Assembly: GCA_963723855.1 (NCBI GenBank)
Contig: CAVRSI010000038.1
Location: forward strand, 4,282-68,281
Direction: 5' to 3'
DNA from: an uncultured Actinomycetes bacterium
GTDB lineage: Bacteria > Actinomycetota > UBA4738 > HRBIN12
DNA: 64,000 nt
The number at the start of each line of letters is the position of its first letter. The stretch's first letter is position 1. The translations under genes were made by a program, and so were the position numbers. Of the stretch, positions 1 to 9,963 are shown one piece after another. The notes below the pieces were generated by a model that did not search any database, was not told where the DNA came from, and saw only the letters and a list, made by a program, of their open reading frames with translations.

Positions 1-7
1 CGCCCGC

Positions 8-529
8 CTACGGCCGGCCGAACGTCGCGACGCGGTCGATCCGGCAGATGAACAGCACGCGGCGCTCGTCGATCGAGGGATCGCGCAGACCGTACGGTGG
101 ATCGGCACCCGTGTACTTCGTCCACGCGGCGTCGATCGTCTCGGTCGCGAGGTGACCTTCGTTGGGGTCATCCTCCTTGATCTCCTTCTCGACGGTCACC
201 TTCAGGCTGACCCAGTGGTACGGGTTCGCGGGATTCAGGAGCATGAGCGTGAGCTGCGGATGAGCCCGGACCCACCCGGTCTTCTTGCGATGCTCCGCGA
301 AGTTCAGGAGCACCTTGTCCGACGAGTGGCCGAACCAGACCGGCGTGAGGTTGGTACGGCCGTCGCCGCCCTGCACGGCCAGGATCGCCGTGACCGGCTC
401 GTCGAGCAGTTGCTGGTAGATCGGGTCGAGATCGTCGAGCGACGATACCTCGCTGCGAGAGCCGACCATGAACTGGCCCTCCTGGACTCCGTCGGCGACG
501 TCGAGGAACTTCGCGACCGTGAACCCCAT
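8..529 (-). CDS. PPOX-class FMN/F420-binding split-barrel protein (pyridoxamine 5'-phosphate oxidase family)
   Basis: Inner ATG at 529 of ORF 8..772, preceded by a GGAG Shine-Dalgarno. The product (MGFTVAKFLD...TNLTPVWFGH...VSLKVTVEKE) looks like the PPOX/F420-binding family. The 81 codons upstream are Arg/Pro-rich and look non-coding. Confidence 0.65.
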   Translation of the reverse strand: MGFTVAKFLDVADGVQEGQFMVGSRSEVSSLDDLDPIYQQLLDEPVTAILAVQGGDGRTNLTPVWFGHSSDKVLLNFAEHRKKTGWVRAHPQLTLMLLNPANPYHWVSLKVTVEKEIKEDDPNEGHLATETIDAAWTKYTGADPPYGLRDPSIDERRVLFICRIDRVATFGRP

Positions 530-594
530 GGATGTCTCCTTCGTTCGGCCGGCGATGCGGAGGGATCTATCGTGCCATGACGGCGCGCGACGCG

Positions 595-966
595 CTATCC
601 GAGGAGCTCGACGGTGACGAACCGGAGCAGTGTCTCGCCGACGTTCTCGAGGTCGTGGAGCATCGGCGCCTCGGGCGAGTGCTCCGAGTAGACCGTGTCC
701 CCGACGGCGTATCGCAGGAGCTTCATCGTCCCGTCCGCGTAGCGCTGTCGACCGACGCCGCCATCGACGCATGTCCAGAAGTACCGAACCGTATGCGCGT
801 GGAACGGCGTCCGCTCACCCGGCGCCAGCCGGACCTCCCACACGCGGATCCGGTCGTTCTCGAACGATCGGGACGTGCCGACCGAGAGGTTGTGGGGCGC
901 TGCGGCGAGCTCCTCCGCGAACGACGCGACGTCGTACACGCCCTCCTCGATCGTCTCTACGGTCAT
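595..966 (-). CDS. cupin domain protein
   Basis: Inner ATG at 966 of ORF 595..1203. The 123-aa product carries cupin-like motifs (PGERTPFHAH ... GDTVYSEHSPEAPMLHDLENVG). Confidence 0.65.
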   Translation of the reverse strand: MTVETIEEGVYDVASFAEELAAAPHNLSVGTSRSFENDRIRVWEVRLAPGERTPFHAHTVRYFWTCVDGGVGRQRYADGTMKLLRYAVGDTVYSEHSPEAPMLHDLENVGETLLRFVTVELLG

Positions 967-1065
967 CGTCGACGAGTCTAGAGCCAGGATGGGCGGGAGG
1001 TTCCGAAAAATGGCGATCCGGAGCGATCGCGAGGAGCGACTCACCGGCGGCCCCGGGTTCCCGCT

Positions 1066-1527
1066 ATGGTGGGGGTGATGACCGAGCCCGGATGGATCGA
1101 AGAGCTGGTCACCACCGTCGGCGAGACGCACGGCGAGCAAGCTGCCACGACCACGCGGATGTTGATCGACGCGACGTCGTCGATGCGTCTGCGGTCCACG
1201 CACCAGCCGCCGAACACGTCGGGCGCGGCGTTCGTGTCCGTGATCCCCGGCATGGTGAACGACGTCGAGCTCTTCGCGCTCTTCTCCAAGGGCGGCCGGG
1301 TGGCCGTGCAGCTGAAGACGCTCCGTCGGATCAACCCGTTCAGGATCGCGGAGCAGGAGGAGACGCTCCGGCGCCGGCTCGGTGGCATCACGGGATTCAA
1401 GCTGGACAAGCCGGACTACCCCGACATCACGCTCGCGAAGCTCTCCGTCCCCGAGGCGCGGGAATCGTTCGTGGAGACCATGCGGTGGACGGTGGAGCGG
1501 GTCCGCAAGAGCAACGGTCTCAGCTGA
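1066..1527 (+). CDS. hypothetical protein
   Basis: 153-aa ORF divergent from the cupin gene, with an alternative ATG at 1078. The second half looks coding (VELFALFSKGGRVAVQLKTLRRINPF). No family recognised. Confidence 0.4.
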   Translation: MVGVMTEPGWIEELVTTVGETHGEQAATTTRMLIDATSSMRLRSTHQPPNTSGAAFVSVIPGMVNDVELFALFSKGGRVAVQLKTLRRINPFRIAEQEETLRRRLGGITGFKLDKPDYPDITLAKLSVPEARESFVETMRWTVERVRKSNGLS

Positions 1528-1536
1528 ACGGCGGCC

Positions 1537-2406
1537 TCACACCGAACCGCTGAACGTGTCACAGGCGCTCGGATCCCCCGACGTGAAGCCCGTCCGGAAC
1601 CACCGTTGCCGCTCGGCGGACGAACCGTGCGTCCACGTCTCGCGGTTCACCCGGCCCTGGGTCTCGCGCTGGATCCGGTCGTCCCCCACTGCGGCGGCGG
1701 CATCGAGCGCGTCGGCAACGTCTTGGTCAGTGATGTTCGTGATGAACCCCGTCTGCACGGCGTTCGCCGCCCAGACTCCCGCGTAGCAGTCCGCCTGCAG
1801 CTCGGTCCGGACCGATCCGCCCTGGGGTCCCTGACCGCTCGTGCCTCCCCGGGCGAACAGTCCGAGGAGGTCCTGGACGTGATGACCGTACTCATGCGCC
1901 AGGACGTACGCCTCGGCGAGCGGGCCTCCCTTCGCACCGAACCGGTCCGTCAGCTCCTGGAAGAACCCGAGGTCGATGTAGACGTTGCCGTCCGATGGGC
2001 AATAGAACGGGCCGGAGTCCGTGGTCGCCTGGCCGCACGCGCTTGAGGTCTGGCCGGTGAAGAACACGGTCGGCGCATCCCGGTAGTGCCGGACCGTCCC
2101 GCTCCAGTAGTCCTGGATGCTGTTGACGTACGCGACGATCCGGCAATCCTCGCTGTTCTGCGCATCGGCGCCCGTCTGGCAGTGGCTCAGGTCGGCCGAG
2201 GACGAACCGTTGCCGACCGTGACGCCGGAGAGGTCCTGCAGGACCGAGTTCGTGTTCCCCCCACCGAGGGCGCTGATGACGACGAACACGATCGCCACGA
2301 TGAGGCCGAGGCCTCCGCCGCCGACGGCCAGACCGGTGCCGCCGGACATGCCGCGACGATCCTGGATCTGCGACGGATCGAGCCGAGCGCGACGACGGAC
2401 CTTCAT
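1537..2406 (-). CDS. YpfJ-family putative neutral zinc metallopeptidase
   Basis: 289-aa ORF with an N-terminal TM segment ([15 protein letters not shown]), the zinc motif HEYGHH and a conserved tail ([10 protein letters not shown]). This matches YpfJ/PF04228-type architecture. Confidence 0.85.
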   Translation of the reverse strand: MKVRRRARLDPSQIQDRRGMSGGTGLAVGGGGLGLIVAIVFVVISALGGGNTNSVLQDLSGVTVGNGSSSADLSHCQTGADAQNSEDCRIVAYVNSIQDYWSGTVRHYRDAPTVFFTGQTSSACGQATTDSGPFYCPSDGNVYIDLGFFQELTDRFGAKGGPLAEAYVLAHEYGHHVQDLLGLFARGGTSGQGPQGGSVRTELQADCYAGVWAANAVQTGFITNITDQDVADALDAAAAVGDDRIQRETQGRVNRETWTHGSSAERQRWFRTGFTSGDPSACDTFSGSV

Positions 2407-2524
2407 CCGGCGACCCTACCCACATCCGCCGTTGCCGAACCCGCTCCTCAGCTCCTGGCGAGCTCCCTGGAAGGGCGCACGTTACCGCAAGCTCTTCGGA
2501 GACGGCCGCCCTACGCTTCGGCGC

Positions 2525-2938
2525 ATGGGACCCGACGCGCTCGACTTCTGGCTCGGCACGTGGACCGCGACGTGGGAGGGCGGCGGCGGTTCCAACACCA
2601 TCACGCGCGAGCTGGACGGCGCCGTCATCGTCGAGCGGTTCGAAGCCGGCCCGCCGGAGCCCTGGTCGGGCATGAGCGTCTCCGTCCACGACCCCCAGGC
2701 CGACTCGTGGCAGCAGACGTGGGTCGACTCGAACGGGAGCTACTGGCACTTCGTCGGAACACACACGGAGGAAGGCACGATCTTCGCCACACCGGATCCC
2801 GTCGATGAGGATCGGCTCTTCAAGCGCATGGTCTTCAGCGACATCGAGCCCGACGCGTTCCACTGGCGCTGGGAGTCCTCGCCGGACAACACCACGTGGG
2901 TCGAGCGGTGGGCGATCGACTACCGCCGGACGACGTGA
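2525..2938 (+). CDS. hypothetical conserved protein (about 137 aa)
   Basis: Inner ATG at 2525 of ORF 2117..2938. The downstream part is Trp/Asp-rich and globular (FWLGTWTATWEGGG...WRWESSPDNTTWVERW). The upstream part is low-complexity. Confidence 0.5.
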   Translation: MGPDALDFWLGTWTATWEGGGGSNTITRELDGAVIVERFEAGPPEPWSGMSVSVHDPQADSWQQTWVDSNGSYWHFVGTHTEEGTIFATPDPVDEDRLFKRMVFSDIEPDAFHWRWESSPDNTTWVERWAIDYRRTT

Positions 2939-2964
2939 CCAGCGCCCGACCGTAGACTCCGGCG

Positions 2965-4008
2965 GTGACCGAGCGGACCCTGACCGAACGCGAGCTGAAC
3001 CGTGCCCTGTTGGCTCGGCAGATGCTGCTGGAACGCGCGCGCACGCCGCTCACGAGGGCGATCGAGCGGATGGGCGGGGTGCAATCGCAGTACGCGCCGT
3101 CGTCCTACATCGGGTTGTGGACACGGCTCGAAGGCTTCGAACGCCCGCAGCTGACGAAGACGCTCGAGCGGCGAACGATCGTCCAGGGAACACTGATGCG
3201 CGGCACGATCCACCTGGTCACGGCTCGCGACTACTGGCCGCTCGCGGCGGGCATCCGCCAAGACAGTCGCACGTGGTGGCTGGGCGCGACCCGACACCAG
3301 ATCTCCGAGCGCGAGGTGGCGGCCGTCGCGCGACGCGCTCGTTCGCTGCTGGCCGATGGGCCTCGCCGGCGGAAGGACCTGGTCGCGGAGCTCGGCGTGA
3401 CGTCGACGGTATGGAACGGCGTCGGCGGGTGGCTCAACCTCCTGCGCGTTCCCCCGTCGGGGACCTGGGAGCGGCGTTCGGCCGACCTGTATGCCGTCGC
3501 GGAGGACTGGATGAGGAGCGCGCCCGACGCGACGCTCGACGAAGGGCTCGAACTGCTCGTCCGGCGCTACCTCGGCGGATTCGGTCCGGCATCGCGGAAG
3601 GACATCGCGAGCTGGGCTGGGATCTCGGTGACGACGCTCGCGCCCGCGCTGGAGGGGATGCCGTTGCGGCGGTTCCGCGACGAGCGCGGTGGAGAGCTGT
3701 TCGATCTTCCGCGAGCGACGCTCCCGGCCGCCGACGCCCCCGCGCCCGTGCGGTTCCTTCCGACGTGGGACGCCACGCTGCTCGTGCACGCGCGCCGGAC
3801 GCAGATCCTGCCGGAACGGTTCCGACCGATGCTGTTCGACATCAAGACCCCCCACTCGTCCCCCAGCTTCCTGGTGGATGGACAGGTCGCGGGCACGTGG
3901 AAGCACCAGGGCGGTCGGGTCGTCGCGTCGCCGTTCGAGCCGTTGCCGCGAGCCGCGCGACGGGAGGTCGACGACGAGGCGCAGCGGCTCGCGGCCTGGC
4001 TCACGTGA
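2965..4008 (+). CDS. winged-helix DNA-binding domain protein, YcaQ-like (DNA crosslink-repair glycosylase family)
   Basis: 347-aa ORF with a GTG start. Family-typical strings are present: LNRALLARQMLLER, GGVQSQYAPSSYIGLW, GTIHLVTARDYW, RFLPTWDATLL. Confidence 0.75.
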   Translation: MTERTLTERELNRALLARQMLLERARTPLTRAIERMGGVQSQYAPSSYIGLWTRLEGFERPQLTKTLERRTIVQGTLMRGTIHLVTARDYWPLAAGIRQDSRTWWLGATRHQISEREVAAVARRARSLLADGPRRRKDLVAELGVTSTVWNGVGGWLNLLRVPPSGTWERRSADLYAVAEDWMRSAPDATLDEGLELLVRRYLGGFGPASRKDIASWAGISVTTLAPALEGMPLRRFRDERGGELFDLPRATLPAADAPAPVRFLPTWDATLLVHARRTQILPERFRPMLFDIKTPHSSPSFLVDGQVAGTWKHQGGRVVASPFEPLPRAARREVDDEAQRLAAWLT

Positions 4009-4011
4009 CGG

Positions 4012-4419
4012 TCAGAAGTCGCGGCGGCCGTCGAAGTGCCCGGCGGCCTCCGGCCGCGTGAGCTGATACAGCGCAACGCGATGCCCTCCCGGCGTGACGA
4101 ACGAACAACACGGCCCATGCGGGATGTCGAAGGTGCGCTCGCGGACCCAGCCCGCGGCCTCCTGTTGCGCGAGCGTCGCCATGAGATCCGCCACCCGGTA
4201 CACCAGGATCGCGCGGTCCCCCGACACGTGATCGGTGAGCAGGACGACGGGTGGACCGGAGGTCAGCTCGATCGCCGCGACCCGCGTGCCCATCGCCTCG
4301 ATCGCGAAGAGGATGTGGCCCCCGAGCACATCGGTGAAGTACCCCATGTCGGCGGCCACGTCGCGGCTGGGTGTGTAGAGGAAGTCGAGCTGCTCGAACG
4401 GCGGCGCCGGCCGTGCCAC
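4012..4419 (-). CDS. VOC (glyoxalase/bleomycin-resistance/dioxygenase) family protein
   Basis: 135-aa ORF with a GTG start at 4419, lying 8 nt downstream of the preceding gene's stop. It has the size and pattern of a single VOC module (FLYTPSRDVAADMGYF ... GGHRVALYQ). Confidence 0.65.
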   Translation of the reverse strand: MARPAPPFEQLDFLYTPSRDVAADMGYFTDVLGGHILFAIEAMGTRVAAIELTSGPPVVLLTDHVSGDRAILVYRVADLMATLAQQEAAGWVRERTFDIPHGPCCSFVTPGGHRVALYQLTRPEAAGHFDGRRDF

Positions 4420-4426
4420 GGTCTGT

Positions 4427-7400
4427 CTACCGCCCGGCGGTGGTGCTCGCGAGCAGCGCCTCGACCTCGGGCAGGTAGATCACGGCGTCGCACGCGACGA
4501 GCAGGTCACGCGCCTGCTCCAGCACCGCCCGAGGATCCTGCCCGGTCCCGGCGAGCGCCTCGCCCAGGTCGGCGAGCACGCGCGCCTGCATGATGCGGAG
4601 CCCCAGCCGCTCGAACTCGTTCGCCGCGGCCCGCAGGCGATCGATCGATCCCTCCGGCTCAACCTCCAGGAGTCCTTCGATCGCGTGGGCGTACGCGTTC
4701 GTCGCGGGGGCCCGGCCGCTCCCGGACAGATCACGGTATCCCTCGGCTTCGGTGCGATCGCCCGTTCGGAGGAGCAGCCGGACCAGCTCGTAGAAGAGCA
4801 GCGGCGCCTGGTCGACCGTGTACCCGCGCGACAGCTCGACCCCGCGCCGGAGGTGCTCGAGCGCCTCCTCCACGCGACCCCGCGCGAGCGCGATCGCTCC
4901 CTCGGTCACGAAGACGTACACGTCGGCCTGCGGCTCTCGGTTCGTTCCCAGGATCTCGATGGCCCCGCGCTGGAGCTCCTCGGCCTCCTCGACCCTCCCC
5001 CGCTGGAAGACGACCCAGGCGAGCCCGTTCATCCTGATCCCCCGGAGCGGTTCGTCGCCCGACTCCTCGGCGAGCGCGAGGGCACGTCGTTCCGTCCGCT
5101 CCGTCTCCTCCAGGTCGCCCAGCTCCACGGTGCTGTCGGAAAGCGTTCCCATCAGCCACGCGAGGTTGCCGACCGCGCCGGCTCGCTCGGCCAGTTCGAT
5201 CCCCTCCCGGAGCACCTCGATCGCCCGCCGATGATCGGACCCGAACCCCGACACGATCGAGGGGTAGTTGTTGTACACGCGCAGCAGCACCGCCACATCG
5301 CCCACCTGCTTCGCCAGGCGGTACGCCTCCTCGATCGTCTCCATGGCTTCCTCGGTTCGACCCTGCTGTGACAGCGTCATCGCCAGCGTCTGCGTCGCGT
5401 CGGCGACGACCACGGGCGCATCGACGCGCTCAGCCATGGCGAGCGCACGCCTGACGATCGGCTCTCCCTCCTCGTCGCGGCCGCGCCGAACCAGGTACTG
5501 CGAGAGCGTCTGCAGCGCGACGGCGAGCGCCTCGCTCTCCCCGAGGGGCTCGAGTCGCGCGATGGCCGCGAGGGCCTCGGTGTGCGCCTCCTCATCCCTC
5601 CCCAGCCGGAAGAGCGCGAACGAGAGCTGCGCCTGCGCCCATCCGGCGTTCGGCTCGTCGCCGAGCGACGTGTAGAGATCGAGGGCGAGACGGGCGGCGT
5701 CCGCGTTGCTGCCGGCCGATTCGGTGGCCAGACCGACCGCCGTCAGCCGCCGTGCGAGCGACGCGCGATCGGCCGTCGTCGCTCCGACCGCCTCCGACGA
5801 TGCAAGCGCATCGCGGTACCAATGCACCGCCTCCGCGCGCTGCCAGAGCGCCGCGGTGCGGTCGCCGGCGGCGCAGGCCCATCGGTACCCCTCCTCGTCG
5901 ATCGACGCACGCTCCCCGCCGGTGACGCCGAGCTCATCCAGGTACCGGCGTGCCTCGAGGTAGTGGGTGGCGATGAGCTCCGCGATCTCCTCGGCGCGGT
6001 CGCCCGCCCGCTCCTGCGCCCACCGGCCCACCCGCGCATGCTTCTCCGCACGGAGCGCCTTCGGCAGCGAGTCGTACGCGCCATCGCGGATCAGGTTGTG
6101 GCGGAACGCGAACTCCTGCTCGTCGGAGAAGCTCGAGGGCTCGTGCGGGAGCACCAGCTCCTTGACGCGCAGCCGGGCGAGGGCGTCGCGAGACACCGCG
6201 CGATCCATCCCGGCGAGCGTGGCGACCGCCCCGGTCCAGAAGACCCGGCCCACCACGGCCGCGTCCTGCAGGAACGTCTTCTCGTCATCCGGGAAGCCCG
6301 TCGAGCCTGGCGGCGATCAGCCCTTGGATCGATCGCGGCACCTCGACGTCCGCGACGGGTCGCGCGACCTCCCATCGAGACGCCTCGGTCGCTCGAAGGA
6401 CGCCGCCGTCGATCAGCATGCGGACGATCTCCTCCACGTACAGCGGGTTGCCCTCGCTGCGCTCGACGATCAGGTCGCGCACGTCCGCCGGAGAGATCGG
6501 AGCCGAGCAGATCCGCCAGCATCGCACCGCCCTCGTCGGACGAGAGCGGATCGAGGTAGATGGAGGCGGCATTGCGTTTCCCACCGCCCCACCCCGCCCG
6601 CGTCTCGAAGAGCTCCGGGCGGGCGAGCGTGAGCAGCATGATCGGACCTTGCGCGAGATCGGCGGCGTACTCGACGAAATCGAGGAGTCCCTCGTCCGCC
6701 CAGTGCACGTCCTCGAGCATGACGACGAGCGGGTAGCGCGCCGCCAACCGCTCCAGGAAGCGGCGCCACGCATCGAAGAGATCGTCGCGGCTGAACGATC
6801 GTTCCTCGCCGGCACCCACGAGGGCGCGGATGTGGGGCGCGAGATCGTCGTCGCCGAACAGCTCGCGGACCACGGCGGTGGCTTTGTTCGTCGCAACGTC
6901 GGCCGGATCGTCGTCCAGGATCTCGCACTGCGCCTTGATGGCGTCGGCCAGCCCCGAGTACGACGTGTTCCCGTACGCGAGGCAACGCCCACGGCGCCAG
7001 TAGACGAACTCCGGCAAGCCCTCCACATAGCGCTCCAGCTCGTGGACCAGTCGCGACTTCCCGACCCCTGCCGGACCCACGACCGTCACCAGCGCCGGTC
7101 GCCCTTCCGTCTGCACGCGGCGCAGCGTCTGCTTCAACACGGCGAGCTCTTCGTCGCGGCCGACCATCCGCGCCTCCATCCCGAGGCTCGGTCGTTCGCC
7201 ACGATGCTGCGCCTTGATACGCAGCGCCTCCCACGCGATCACGGACTCGGCCTTCCCCTTGAGGTCGAGCGGCGGGAGCTCGCGGTACATGATCACGTCC
7301 TTCGTTGCGGCGTAGACGGCCGGGCCGACCACGATGCGCCCCGGCTCCGCGGCTCCCTGCAAGCGCGCGGCCGTGTTCACCGCGTCGCCCGTAAGCATGC

Positions 7401-7869
7401 GATCGCGAGGACCGCTCGCTCGTTCCTGATCGACCAGCACCTCGCCGGCCTCCACACCGATCCGCATCGCCAGCTGCGGCTTGCCCTCGGAGGCGAACCC
7501 GTGGTTCAGCTCAGACAGGACCGCCTGCATCTCGATCGCGGTGCGCACGGCGCGCTCCGCGTCGTCTTCGTGCGCGCGCGGCACGCCGAACACGGCCAGC
7601 ACGGCATCGCCCATGAACTTCTCCAGGAACCCCTCGTAGCGCCGGATCTCCTCGGACAGCCGGTCGAACGTCCGGCCGACCACGGACTGGACCACCTCGG
7701 GATCCTCGCGTTCGGCGAGCGACGTTGACCCGACGAGGTCGGCGAAGAGGGCGGTCGCGTACTTCCGCTCCTTCCGTCGTGGCTCCGCTTCCACGATCGG
7801 GCTCGCGCAGTGCAGGCAGAACTTCGCGTTGTCCGGGTTCTCACCACCACAGCTCGGGCAGACGACCAT
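4427..7869 (-). pseudogene. zinc-ribbon / class III adenylate-guanylate cyclase / AAA(STAND) ATPase / TPR protein, frame-broken twice
   Basis: The N-terminal 2/3 lies in ORF 6091..7869 (CPSCGGENPDNAKFCLHC, FADLVGST, GDAVNTAARL, Walker A GPAGVGKS). After ...LLGSDL the conserved text continues in ORF 6285..7028 (SPADVRDLIVERSEGNPLYVEEIVRML...RLDGLPG), with a break near 6495. It then continues in ORF 4427..6256 (DDEKTFLQDAAVVGRVFW..., TPR-like), with a break near 6295. It is collinear with the intact paralog at 44777..47968. Confidence 0.8.
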
Positions 7870-7901
7870 GGCCGCAGCCTACGGCGACCCGAGGCGTGCG
7901 C

Positions 7902-8945
7902 CTACGGTCGCTCGTCGTGCGAGGGCCGAGCCCACAGGTTGACGCCACCCTCCTGCGCCTGGCCCTCGATCGCGGTCAGCTCCTCGGGCGCGAACTCCAG
8001 GTTGTCCAGCGCGGCCACGTTCTCGCTCACCTGCTCCGGACGGCTCGCGCCGATCAGCGCGGACGTCACCCGCGGATCCCGGAGCGCCCACGCGAGCGCC
8101 ATCTGCGCGAGGGTCTGCCCCCGCGCCTTCGCGATCTCGTTCAGCGCGCGAACGCGTTCGATGTTTTCGTCGCGGAGATGCGACGGCTGCAGCGAGTCGC
8201 CGCCCGGCCGGTTGATACGCGAGTCCTCCGGCACTCCATCGAGGTACTTGTCGGTCAGGACGCCCTGCGCGAGTGGCGAGAACGCGATGCAGCCCATCCC
8301 CTCCTCGACCAGGGCATCGAGCAGCTCCTCCTCGATCCAGCGATTCAGCATGTTGTAGGAGGGCTGGTGGATCAGCAGGGGCACCTGGAGCTCGCGCATG
8401 ATGCGCGCCGCCTCCCGCGTCATACCCGGCGAGTACGACGAGATCCCGGCGTACAGCGCCTTGCCCTGATGCACCGCCGTGGCGAGCGCGCCCATCGTCT
8501 CCTCGAGGGGCGAGTCCGGGTCGAAGCGATGCGAGTAGAAGATGTCGACGTAGTCGAGTCCCATGCGCTCCAGGCTCTGGTCGAGGCTCGCGAGCAGGTA
8601 CTTGCGCGAACCACCGCCTTGGCCGTAGGGGCCGGGCCACATGTCCCACCCGGCCTTCGTCGAGATGAGCAGCTCGTCCCGGTACGCGGCGAAGTCCTTC
8701 TTGAGGATCTTGCCGAAGTTCTTCTCGGCGGACCCGTACGGCGGTCCGTAGTTGTTCGCCAGGTCGAAGTGCGTGATCCCGAGGTCGAACGCGGTGCGCA
8801 GGATCGCGCGCTGGGTTTCACCCGGGGTGGCGTCCCCGAAGTTGTGCCACAACCCGAGCGCGAGCGCCGGAAGGGCCAGCCCGCTCCGGCCGCAGAAGCG
8901 GTACACCATCCGGTCGTAGCGTTCCTCGGCGGCGATGTAGCTCAT
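7902..8945 (-). CDS. aldo/keto reductase (L-glyceraldehyde-3-phosphate reductase YghZ-like)
   Basis: ATG at 8945 preceded by GGAGG. The product MSYIAAEERYDRMVYRFCGRSGL...FDLANNYGPPYGSAEKNFG...IGASRPEQV is a typical AKR. Confidence 0.85.
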   Translation of the reverse strand: MSYIAAEERYDRMVYRFCGRSGLALPALALGLWHNFGDATPGETQRAILRTAFDLGITHFDLANNYGPPYGSAEKNFGKILKKDFAAYRDELLISTKAGWDMWPGPYGQGGGSRKYLLASLDQSLERMGLDYVDIFYSHRFDPDSPLEETMGALATAVHQGKALYAGISSYSPGMTREAARIMRELQVPLLIHQPSYNMLNRWIEEELLDALVEEGMGCIAFSPLAQGVLTDKYLDGVPEDSRINRPGGDSLQPSHLRDENIERVRALNEIAKARGQTLAQMALAWALRDPRVTSALIGASRPEQVSENVAALDNLEFAPEELTAIEGQAQEGGVNLWARPSHDERP

Positions 8946-9066
8946 GGGCGGCTCCTCCCGGATGCGCTCCACGGACCCGACCGAGTCAGCCTATACAGTC
9001 CCGTCCGAGAGGTTTGCCGGTGATACGTTCCGGCGACATGATGGGAAGGACGAAGGAGGCCCGACC

Positions 9067-9393
9067 GTGACCTACACCATCGCTGAGCCCTGCATCGACG
9101 TGAAGGACCGCGCGTGCGTGGACGAATGCCCGGTCGATTGCATCTACGAAGGACCACGGATGCTGTACATCCAACCGGACGAGTGCGTGGACTGCGCCGC
9201 GTGCGAACCGGTCTGTCCCGTGACCGCGATCTTCTACGAGGACGACGTCCCACCCGAATGGAAGCAGTTCACGCCCATCAACGCCGAGTTCTTCACCGAC
9301 GCGGTGAGCGGACTGGGCGCGCCCGGCGGCGCGGCGTCGGTCGGTGTCGTCGCGGTCGACCATCCCGTGGTCGCGGGCTGGGCGACGGTATGA
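9067..9393 (+). CDS. fdxA: ferredoxin, 7Fe-type (FdxA-like)
   Basis: GTG at 9067 follows GAAGGAGG. The product TYTIAEPCIDVKDRACVDECPVDCIY...CVDCAACEPVCPV has the CxxxxxxCxxxCP plus CxxCxxCxxxCP cysteine pattern. Confidence 0.85.
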   Translation: MTYTIAEPCIDVKDRACVDECPVDCIYEGPRMLYIQPDECVDCAACEPVCPVTAIFYEDDVPPEWKQFTPINAEFFTDAVSGLGAPGGAASVGVVAVDHPVVAGWATV

Positions 9394-9426
9394 CGTTGGC
9401 GTCGTAAGCCGATCTCGGAGGTCGAC

Positions 9427-9876
9427 ATGGATGAAGCGGGTGGTGGGTTCGCAGCTGCCGTGGAATTCCCGTCAGACGCGAACGTGAACCGATCGGTCGT
9501 CGGAGTCGTGAAGGCGCGCGACGTGCATCTGACCGGCTCGGGCGCGGGCTTGGTCGCCGCAGAGGGCAACTTCTCGATCCTCAATGGTGGGGCGGGCCCC
9601 GTGCTCGCCAACGGCAGCGTCACGATCCGCAACGGCGGGTGTGGGCCGCTGGTCGCGAACGGCGACGTCTCGATCGAGAACGGCGGCGCGCAGACCGTCA
9701 TCGCATCCGGCGGAGCGCGGATCGGCCCGCGGGCGTTCGTGGGCGTCGTCGTCTCGCCGAACGTCACCGTCGAGGAGGGCGGCCGGGTCCTGACGGCGTC
9801 GCCGTTCGCACTCGCGGCCGGCGCCGGCGTGGGGATCGCGATCGGCCTGCTCGCACGCCTCGGCCGACAGAAGTAA
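9427..9876 (+). CDS. hypothetical tail-anchored protein with six 16-residue Gly/Asn-rich (beta-helix-like) repeats
   Basis: ATG preceded by GGAGG. Repeat units include EGNFSILNGGAGPVLA, NGSVTIRNGGCGPLVA and NGDVSIENGGAQTVIA. The C-terminus is hydrophobic (PFALAAGAGVGIAIGLLARL). Confidence 0.55.
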   Translation: MDEAGGGFAAAVEFPSDANVNRSVVGVVKARDVHLTGSGAGLVAAEGNFSILNGGAGPVLANGSVTIRNGGCGPLVANGDVSIENGGAQTVIASGGARIGPRAFVGVVVSPNVTVEEGGRVLTASPFALAAGAGVGIAIGLLARLGRQK

Positions 9877-9963
9877 CGACGTCGATCGCTCAGGCGGACT
9901 TCGTCGTGGAACGAGGGAACGTTCGCGTCCGCCGGTAAGGAGGGCCCCGCTATAGTCCGGCGC

